From NCBI GenBank assembly GCA_030390025.1, contig JASTWF010000033.1:4528001-4592000 (forward strand): a stretch of DNA of 64,000 bases. The letters are read 5' to 3'. The notes beneath the pieces are model-generated. The model was given only the letters and a program-made list of their open reading frames with translations. It did not search any database and was not told the DNA's origin. Numbering within the stretch: the stretch's first letter is position 1; each line of letters starts with the position of its first letter. Positions 53,188-62,498 of this stretch are shown in pieces. Position numbers and translations under genes: made by a program. The stretch comes from Squalus acanthias (lineage: Eukaryota).

Positions 53188-54450
53188 ATGAATTCAGCCA
53201 TGGTAGTCCTGAGCGTCATGATTGAAGACAGCGAGAGTCACAGGGGCGACACCGAGGAATCGGTTATCTTCGGCTGCACCGGCGGAGACGGACCGACCGT
53301 GACCACTGGAGGTGGCTCGAAGGATGGGGCGAGCGTCTATCTCCACGAGGGAAGATGGCTTGGATGGCTGGGGTCGAATTCCACCCGGTATTCCAGCCAT
53401 GACAAGTACACCTATGGTGAAGCGTCCATCCCATGCCCGAGAATAGGGGTTACCACCTCCCGGGTTAGGGTAACAGAGGGCAAACGGGTGTGCCTTAGCT
53501 GTAGGGGACACATTCCACTGGGAAGGTGGTGGTGGCTCAGGAAACTGAGCGTGGATACAGGGGACCAGACAGCTGACTGGGAAAGACTAAGTAATGACAC
53601 GTACCGGACGATCACAGGTTCTCAGGGAGGAGTAAATGTGTGTTGGGATAAGTGGTGGGAATCCGAGGAAGGGTTATATGTGTGTATGTGGGGGTCGGAA
53701 AAGATCTGCCCAGCGGGTGTGTCGATGGCGTTTAGCAGGACACCGGGGGTGGGATCGGTTGGGATCGGAGTGTGGACTCTTGTGTGATCCCCAAACCCCC
53801 GATAACAATCAACGCCACAGAGCTCATCTCATACACCAGGAAGCCCCCGCCCAGAGCCCCGACGGTACAGACGACTGTCGATGGGTGTCCCACCACCACC
53901 AGGGGTCCAGGGAATGGGTTGGTGTTAATCCCGACTGACAAAGTGTTGTTTCAGAACGTGCTCTACGCCGTGGCATGAGTGACCCTGAACCTGACTGAAG
54001 TCCACCTGCCTGTGTGGTGTCCAAGGAAGACGGAGAAGCTTTATGAAGCTCTGTTAAAAGCGATGTTACAGAATTTTTTTGAACTGGACCATGGACATGT
54101 AGAGAAAGAATAGCTTTATAATCTGAATGTTGGGGACAGTGTGGGGTCCGGGAGTCAGAGAAGAGGGAGCTGGAAAAATTCCTTTTCTGCCGGAACATCT
54201 CACTGAGTTAATAAAGACCGCTGAACTCTCCCAGAAACATTTTTACACTTTGGAGCAAAAGACAGTAGAAGTCGGGAAGGAGATCAGGGGGATTGTCTCA
54301 CCACCATGGTGGGATATCGGTCTGAGTATAGAGATTCCTCCCTGGATCCGCATCTGTTCCCATGCATTAGTTATCATACAATTGTTGCTTGTAAGCTACT
54401 TGTTCTACACCAGCTACAGGCGATGGTTCCAGATGCTCCGAGCGCGGTGA
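53188..54450 (+). pseudogene. env: env-like gene: Ig-like domain, Thr/Pro linker, fusion-protein-like part (internally deleted), TM anchor
   Basis: Lies between IN and PPT; acceptor TCTTTTCAG at 53161-69 before ATG 53188; C-terminal hydrophobic ALVIIQLLLVSYLFY followed by RR. Confidence 0.78.
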
Positions 54451-54579
54451 CAAGGGGTGTTAGATCGATCCGGAAAGGTGTCATTGATTTATGTTGATGA
54501 TGGTTTCTCCCTGCAAAAACTTGTTATGTACCAAGGTTCTGTAAGCAAGTGTATTGCATTCTGGTTATAGTTTTACACT

Positions 54580-55047
54580 CTGTATTGTGCGATGTGCACT
54601 GTTGCATTTTTGTAATGAGTTACCACCTGTCAATGCTGTATTGTGTGATGTGCGCTGTTGTATTTTTGTAATGTGTTACCACCTGTCAATGCTATACTGT
54701 GCGATGTGCGCTGTTGTATTTTTGTAATGTGTTACCACCTGTCAATGCTGTACTGTGTGATGTGCGCTGTTGTATTTTTGTAATGTGTTACCACCTGTCA
54801 ATGCTGTACTGTGTGATGTGCGCTGTTGTATTTTTGTAATGTGTTAACACCTGTCAATGCTGTACTGTGTGATGTCCGCTGTTGTATTATTGTAATGTGT
54901 TACCACCTGTCAATGCTGTACTGTGTGATGTGCGCTGTTGTAATTTTGTAATGTGTTACCACCTGTCAATGCTGTACTGGGTGATGTGCGCTGTTGTGTT
55001 ATTGTAATGTGTTACCACCTGTCAATGCTATACTGTGTGATGTGCGC
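54580..55047. repeat. 56-bp tandem repeat (8 full copies plus a partial one) in the element's 3' UTR
   Basis: Unit CTGTACTGTGTGATGTGCGCTGTTGTATTTTTGTAATGTGTTACCACCTGTCAATG with exact 56-bp period. Confidence 0.95.
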
Positions 55048-55312
55048 GGTGACTTTTTGGTAACGTCCTGTGGATCTTATTAATTTTCTGTAGTTTGACT
55101 TGAAGTTTGTCGGTGGGAGTTGGAACCCAGCCATTTGAATGTGTTCAGAAGCCGTTTCGCTGATGTTTTGAGTCGGTAGAAGGGAACTATGACACGCAGT
55201 AAGGGGGTACAGCTCTGGGGTTAAAATGTAAAATCAGGGAAACAGCTTCACTTGTGGGAGACTTTGGCCTTTGCTCTCTCATCGAGTGATGCTTTGTGGA
55301 AAGAACAGCATC

Positions 55313-55323
55313 AAACGGGGGAC
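55313..55323 (+). promoter_or_regulatory. polypurine tract
   Basis: AAACGGGGGAC directly before the TG of the 3' LTR. Confidence 0.7.
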
Positions 55324-55545
55324 TGAAGAGATCACAAAGTCTCTGTTTGAAGAATGGACTCAGTCGAGAATATTTTGTAGACTTTATGGGATTTTTCTGA
55401 GGGTATTTTCCCTGTGATGGGATCACACTTTGCAGATATGTGAAAAAGTGGTTTGTTAAAACTCCAGAGAACACATGGCAGTTGGCTGTGACAAAAGAAC
55501 CGTCAGTCATCCAGAATATGCAAAAGCACTTCTCACCTCCATCTC

Positions 55546-55737
55546 GCAGAGATGCCGGCGTTGGACTGGGGTGGACAAAAAAGAGAAGTCGCGCAACACC
55601 AGGTTATAGTCCAACAGATTTATTTAAAATTACAAGCTTTCTGAGCTATCGCCCCTTCTTCAGGTAAAGTTACAATGTTAATTTTAAATAAATCTGTTGG
55701 ACTATCACCTGGGGTTGTGCGACTTCTCATTTTTGTC
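55546..55737. mobile_element. short Penelope pLTR fragment with internal inversion
   Basis: Matches 62370-62498; flanked by duplicated CACCTCCATCTC. Confidence 0.85.
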
Positions 55738-55978
55738 CACCTCCATCTCAGAAGAGAAGCAGAACAATGAACCCACTGGCCTAGCCAACCGGAGAGGAGC
55801 CAGTTTTTCCCAACACAAAGACCGAATTATGTCCCAGACTTAGGGCTATTAGTACAATCACGGAATACTCATGGGTCTGAGGATGACCCATTACTGATTA
55901 AGCACCGGAGCACTTAGAAACAAAAGGATTTTAAAGATTGGCAGGAAAGATAGGGATAGCAAGACTCCTATAAAGATA

Positions 55979-56553
55979 TGATGCGGAGATGCCGGTGTTG
56001 GAAGGGGTGGACAAAAGTGAGAAGTCGCACAACACCAGGTTATAGTCCAACAGTTTTGTTTGAAATCACAAGCTTTCAGAGCGCTGCACCTTCGTCAGGT
56101 GAAGTGAAGGAATACGAATCGGCAAAGCATATATAGACAGAGAACAATGCCTGTGTAGCGTACAATGTCAGACGACTACAGTTAATCTATCTGACTGCAT
56201 TTCATCACACCTCGGCAGAGAAAGAATCAGGTCAGCCAGGAAGGCACCACATCAAAGACATAGCAAGATACAACTAAGACAATGAGATGGGATCACAGGG
56301 GGTCTAATGTGTCAAAAGTAGTCTGTATGGAAAACCATAAACTTTAAAATGTTTACTTTTTTTTTACTGGAAATCACATCTGTGAACAAGCCAACGACGA
56401 CTCGAGTCTGGATGACTCTACGTCATGTAGCATGACATGAACCCAAGATCCCGGTTGAGGCCGTCCTCATGGGTGCGGAACGTGGCTATCAGTTTCTGCT
56501 TGATGATTTTGCGTTGTCGTGTGTCTCGAAGGCCGCCTTGGAGAACGCTTCAT
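55979..56553 (-). mobile_element. Penelope 3' fragment (GIY-YIG C-terminus plus pLTR)
   Basis: Reverse complement of ~61930-62499; TSD CTATAAAGATA (55968-78, 56554-64). Confidence 0.88.
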
Positions 56554-57178
56554 CTATAAAGATAGATCCTTTCCCACCATCTCTCTCTCTCTGTCTCTCT
56601 CTCGCCCCAAAAAGATCGACCTAACAAGAAGTACCAGAGAAAGAAGCAGCTAAGTGGAGCGATCGAGACCGACTGTGTGCGTGTGGAGGTAAGCATGGTC
56701 TCGAGTGTCCCAAGCCGGTAAACCAGATATCCCAGGCGAGCTGGGTGATTTGTAAAGAGCTGAGAGTTTCTCAGAAGTGAAGCTTTTGGGCTATTCTGAG
56801 GGTGGAGCTTCCTTTGTTTCAGCCAGGCGAAGGGGCTTATGCGACTGGGTAATTCGTTGGTAGGGGTGGAATTAGATTCCACCATAGCAACAAGGGAATT
56901 ACTGCTTGTCATAGTCCTCAGTTTTGTACTGTATGTATGTTGTTTGTAACCTGGATTTTATTCTCCACAGAGACAGTGATTTCGTTTAGTAGTGCACGTT
57001 TTAGTGAGTATATGTTAGACCAAATAAATATAAGTTTGATTTTTCACCGAAGCATTCCTGTCCGTGACTTATTTTATTTACACTCTGAATAAAAATTTCC
57101 GGGAAAAGAACTTTCGTAAGGCGGGGGCGATTCGAACCGTCCATCTAGCTGTTGGGCTAGAATCAAAAACCGCTTACA

Positions 57179-58170
57179 TAGGGAAATGGTATTAGGGAAA
57201 TTGATGGGATTGAAGGCCGATAAATCCCCAGGGTCTGATAATCTACATCCTAGGGTAGGTAAGGAAGTGGCCCAAGAAATAGTGGATGCATTGCTGGTCA
57301 TCTTCCAAAATTCTATCGACTCTGGAACAGTTCCCATGGATTGGGGATAGCTAATGTAACCCCACCAATTAAAAAAGGTGGTAGAGAGAAAATGGGGAAT
57401 TATAGTCTGACATCGGTAGTGGTGAAAATGCTAGAGTCCATTATAAAAGATGTAATAGCTGAGCACTTGGAAAACAGTGACAGGATCGGACAAAGTCAAC
57501 ATGGATTTACAAAAGGTAATTCATGCCTGACTAATCTACTGGAATTTTTTGAGGAGATAACTGGTAGAATAGATAAGGGAAAACCAGTGGATGTGGTGTA
57601 TTTGGAATTTCAGAAGGCTTTCGATAAGGTCCCGCATAAGAGATTAGCGTGCAAAGTTAAAGCACATGGGATTGTGGGTAAGGTACTGTCTTGGATAGAA
57701 AACTGGTTGGCAGACAGGAAGCAAAGTGTTGGAATAAACGAGTCTTTTTCCGAGTGGCAGGCAGTGACTAATGGGGTACCGCAGGGATCCGTGCTAGGAC
57801 ACCAGCTATTCACAATATATATAAATTATCTGGACGAGGGAACTAGATGTAATATCTCCAAGTTTGCAGATGACAAAAAGCTGGGTGGGAATGTGTGCTG
57901 TGAGGAGGATGCAGAGAAACTCCAGTATGATTTGGACAGGTTGGGTGATTGGGCAGATGCATGGCAGATGCAGTATAATGTGAATAAATGCGAGGTTATC
58001 CACTTTCGTGGCAAAAACAGGAAGACAGATTATTATCTGAATGGCAATAGATTGGGAAAAGGGGAAGGGCAACGAGTCCTGGGAGTCCTTGTGCACCAGT
58101 CCCTGAAGGTAAGCATGCAGGTGCAGCAGGCGGTTAAGAAGGCAAATGGTATGTTGGCCTTCATAGCGAG
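57179..58170 (+). mobile_element. CR1 RT fragment, truncated at both ends
   Basis: ORF 57341..58366 is CR1-like up to MLAFIAR. Confidence 0.93.
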
Positions 58171-58176
58171 ACAATT

Positions 58177-60961
58177 GACTGCCATTTTGGAAAATTTAAA
58201 CCAAAAATGCACTTTTCTGTATCTTCTCTTTTCATTTTGTGGACTACAGAAACAGGCTTTCTATTCTGCATCTTGCCTTTTGATTTCATGCCTCGCTCTT
58301 TCACTAGCCATCTGTCTGTCTGTCTCTCACTCACACACTCTCCCTCCCATCCACAGTGAAATATAACTGACAGTGACATCATACACAGACACACACAGAT
58401 TCTGCAATTTGCAGAAACTCACACTCACACATCCAATTTCAAAAGTGTGCTGCCTGGGAGTGTCAATTTTTGATGATGTCCCTTCCTGGCTGTGCGGCCA
58501 TGTTTGATGAGGACAATCAAACAGGAAGAAGTGAAGCCGAGGCCCCAGAAATCCGGGTCCCCGAGAGGAAATGAAAGCCCGGGAGGGTGAAAAGCAGTAA
58601 ATACAATCAGGAATAAATAATAATATATATATTTTACTTCTGTTAATTTTATGTCTGCCTGTCTGTGGTTTGCCTGAAGTGTAATAAAATGAATGGAAAG
58701 ATCGCACAGCAGCTTTTGCTCTGAAAACATCCCAAGCAGATTCCCCAATAAAGCCCAGTTCAGAAAAAAATCAAATGGATTATTCTGAAAAAACATTTAA
58801 AAAATATAATATATACATTTTCTTTAACAAATTTCTTGTCTTGTTTGAGTTGGACTGAAGGGGAGAGTAAGATCCCACAGCAGGATGTGCCATGAAACAC
58901 TCCACAAACATTCCCCTATAAAGTCCAGTCCAGAAAAATATCAAATGGCTTGATGTATATATGTAGATTTGCTTTTCACAAAATTTTTGAAAAAAAGGCA
59001 AAGTAAGTTCTCACAAAAGTGCAGTCTAGCGTTAAATTGATATGATCTAATGGTCTATACTTTCTGTTTTTTTCAGCCTTGAGATGCAGTACCAGTGCTC
59101 ATAGGTGATAACTTGAAAACAGATAAGCCCTGCATACACACCAGCTTTTGCTGTCTGTCTGTCTCGCTCACTCACACACACACAGGCCAGCTTTAAAATT
59201 GTCAAAAATTACTGTCAGCAATGAAAGAAAGGGGATTTCTATCATTGTTCTGCGCTGTTTAGCAGTTTAAAAGCAAACAGACAGTTTTCAGTATTTTATC
59301 TTTTCAGTTTGTGGCCTACAGAAACAGGCTTTCTATTCTGCATCAAAAGCAAATGCTGTGGATGTGGGAAATCTGAAATAAAATCAGAAAGTTTTGGAAA
59401 TACTAAGCAGGTAAGGCAGCATCTGTGGAGAGAGAAACAGAGTTAATGTTTCAGCTCACTTACCTTTTGTCAGATTCTGCCAATGTTCTGACAAAAGTTC
59501 ATCGAGCTGAAACATTTACTCTGTTTCTCTGTATCGTCACTGATGCTGCCTAACATACTGAGTATTTCCAGCATTTTCTGTTTTTATTTCTATTCTGCAT
59601 GTTGTCTTGATTTCATGTGTCTCTCTCACTGCCTGCCAGCCTGCCTGCCTTGTCTTGATTTGAGTAGTGTGGAATAAAAACAATGCATGATCCCAGAGCA
59701 GCTTTTATTGTCAGACAATCCACAAAGACATTTTTCAGTATCTCACTGACTGACTGTCTGTCTTGAAGTGAAATGAAATGAAATAAAGTGCAATAAAGTG
59801 ATACACAACAGCATTACATGTGGACCAGGCCAGAATGAAATCAATAGGGTTTAATACAACAACAGCAGGTAATAAGACATCAGACCACATCTCACACAAA
59901 CACCAGCTTTTGCCCTCTCTCTCTCTCTCACACACACAGACACTCACAGCCTGGCCAGCCTGCAGAGGGATGACTGCCGTGTTGGAAGATTAAAACCAAA
60001 AAGACTCTTTTCTGTATCTTATCATTTCACTTTGTGGCCTACAGAAATAGGCTTTCTATTCTTCATCTTTCCTGTTGATTTCATGTCTCTCTCGCTCTCA
60101 CTGACTGTCTGTCTGTCTGCCACTCACACAGTCTCCCTCCCAACCACATTGAAATAAAATTTACAGTAACATCACTCACCCTCACACAGACTCTGCAATT
60201 GGCAGACACACAGACACCCACGCACATACATACACCCTCACATAGACTGCAATTTGCAGAAAATCGCACACAGACAATTATTTTGAAAGATGCGGAGCCT
60301 TGGAGTGTCAATTTTTGATGATGTCCCTTCCTGGCTGTGCGGCCATGTTTGATGAGCACAATCCAACAGGAAGATGTGAAGCCGAGTCCCCAGAAATCCG
60401 GGTCACCGAGAGGAAATGAAAGCCCGGGAAGGTGAAAAGAAGTAAATACAATCAGGAGTAAATAATAATATATATATTTTACTTCTGTTAACTAAATGTC
60501 TGCCTGTCTGTGGTTTGCCTGGAGTGTAATAAAATGAATGGAAAGATCGCACAGCAGTTTTTGCTCTGAAAACATCCCAAGCACATTCCCCAATAAAGCC
60601 CAGTCCAGAAAAAAATCAAATGGATTATTCTAAAAATAATTTAAAAAATATTATACAGATATATTTTTTTAAAAGGGCTCATCTTGTTTGGGTTGGACTG
60701 AAGGGGAGAGTAAGATCCCACAACAGGATGTGCCATGAAACATTCCACAAACATTCCCCAATAAAGTCCAGACCAGAAGAATATCAAATGGCTTGATATA
60801 TATATGGAAATTTGCTTTTTACAAAATTCTTGAAAGAAAGGCAAAGTAAGATACCACAGCAGCACAGTCTGGAATTAAATCAGTATGATATAATGGTATA
60901 TACTTTCAGTTTTTTTCAGACATGAGATGCAGTACCAATGCACATGGCAGATAACTTGAAA
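58177..60961. repeat. local direct duplication (~0.95-1 kb; 58177-59118 vs 59972-60961) of unclassified sequence
   Basis: Collinear shared blocks, e.g. CCCTTCCTGGCTGTGCGGCCATGTTTGATGAG and GAGATGCAGTACCA..GATAACTTGAAA. Confidence 0.85.
59344..59586. mobile_element. palindromic Penelope-derived mini-element
   Basis: Two inverted copies of the 21146-21240-type terminus; TSD TTTCTATTCTGCAT (59330-43, 59587-600). Confidence 0.75.
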
Positions 60962-60989
60962 GGTCGCACAACACCAGGTTATAGTCCAA

Positions 60990-61732
60990 GGGGGAAAAAT
61001 TCAGCTGCTTGCGCCTCCCGTTAGCGCCTTAAGAGGGCGCTAATGGGGCGTAAAGCAGCTAACGCCCGGGCGCAGCGCCGCCCACGCCTCCCGAAAAATT
61101 TAGTGGGAGGTTAGCGGCGGCGGCAGCCGGTAGTGCCCTGTGGCGCTGCGCCGCCGGCGATGACGTCATCGCCGTGCGCAGCACCCCGCTCGCGCCCCGG
61201 CCGTGATCTTCAGTCGCGCCCCCTGATTTACCGCCAGACGCTATGTCCGACGGGTTCAGGGAGGCGTACGTGCGGCCGGGGCGGCGATATTTAAAGGGGA
61301 GGTGGCAGGCGGCCATTTTTGTTGCTGGCCGCCTGCCAGCACCTGCCCCCGTTGCTGTCCCCGGCCCCCGTGAAGCCCCCCCACCGTGAAGTGCCGGCTG
61401 CGCTCCAAGAGCCCGGCACTTCTCTTGAGTGCCGGGCTCTTTTGCCGGCACTCCCGATCCCTGGGGGCCCAGCTGGGCCCCGGTTCGCGCTGCGCAGGGT
61501 CCCTCCCCTTTAAGAAGGGGAGGAAGGCCTGCAATACCGCGGCACGTAGCGCCAGGATATTCACTCGCAGCGCCCCAAGAGGGATGCGGGGTGCTTCCAG
61601 TGGCGCCCCGCTTCCCTCTTGGGGCGCAACCACTGAAGTTCCGGCGCGGGGCCGCTAATTTTTTCGGGGCGCTAAAAGTCGCGCCCCGGCAAGGTTAGCG
61701 CCCCAAATGGGGCGCGACTCAATTTTTACCCC
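60990..61732. mobile_element. GC-rich MITE (PIF/Harbinger-like) inserted in a Penelope terminus
   Basis: TIR GGGGGAAAAATTCAG / rc GGGGTAAAAATTGAG; TSD CAA; removal restores GTTATAGTCCAACAGTTTT. Confidence 0.88.
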
Positions 61733-62374
61733 CAACAGTTTTATTTTAAATCACAAGCTTTCGGAGTTACAACTCCTTCATCGGGTGAAGTGAGGAGATA
61801 CAGAATCTTCAAAGCATATATAGATAGAGAACAATGCATGTGTAACTTACAATTGCAGACAACTGAATTCAAACATCCCAGTTGGGGAACACTTCAGCAG
61901 TCAAGGACATTCAGCATCGGATCTGCGGGTAAGCGTTCTCCAAGGCGGCCTTAGGAAAACACGACAGCGCAAAATCATCGAGCAGAAACTGATAGCCAAG
62001 TTCCGCACTCATGAAGACGGTCTCAATCGGGATCTTGGGTTTATGTCACGATACATGACGTGATCCGGACTCGAGTCGTCGTTGGCTTGTTCACAGATGT
62101 GATTCCCAGTAAAAAAGTAAAAATTTTAAAGTTAATCGTTTTACATACAGACGGCAGCTTTTGACACGTTAGACCCCATGCGATTCCACCTCATTGTCTC
62201 AGTTGTATCTTGCTATGTCTTTGATGTGGTACCTTCCTGGCTGACCTGATTAACTTTATCACACCTCGGCAGATAAACAGTCAGGATGATTGAATTCAGT
62301 TGTCTGCAATTGTAAGTTACACATGCATTGTTCTCTATCTATATATGCTTTGACGATTCTGTATCTCCTCACTT

Positions 62375-62412
62375 CACCCGACGAAGGAGTTGTAACTCCG
62401 AAAGCTTGTGAT
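62375..62412 (+). ncRNA. minimal hammerhead-like motif in pLTR (core CCGACGA, one substitution from CUGANGA)
   Basis: TCAC-CCGACGA-A-GGAGTT GT AACTCC-GAAA-GCTT-GTGA; the copy at ~56065-56102 (-) has canonical CTGACGA. Confidence 0.65.
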
Positions 62413-62498
62413 TTAAAATAAAACTGTTGGACAATAACTTGGTGTTGTGCGACCTCTCAATTTTGTCCACCCGAGTCCAACACCGGCATCTCCGCATC

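Larger units (their letters stand above)
44936..57178 (+). mobile_element. endogenous retrovirus-like LTR element (LTR-PBS-gag-pro-RT-tether-RNaseH-IN-env-PPT-LTR), defective
   Basis: Paired TG..CA LTRs, PBS, PPT and all domain motifs in the expected order. Confidence 0.93.
55324..57178 (+). repeat. 3' LTR carrying two Penelope-derived insertions
   Basis: Collinear with the 5' LTR once 55546-55737 and 55979-56553 are removed. Confidence 0.92.

Noticed and set aside
54580..55047. CRISPR-like regular array (also considered for the 84- and 86-bp arrays)
   Set aside because: Units are head-to-tail with no unique spacers, no cas genes, eukaryotic context
57341..58366. 341-aa RT with a novel hydrophobic C-terminus
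   Set aside because: Truncated CR1 reading through by chance into flanking sequence after MLAFIAR
60990..61732. CpG island/promoter or GC-rich ORFs
   Set aside because: Bounded by TIRs and a CAA TSD inside a Penelope terminus, so it is a MITE
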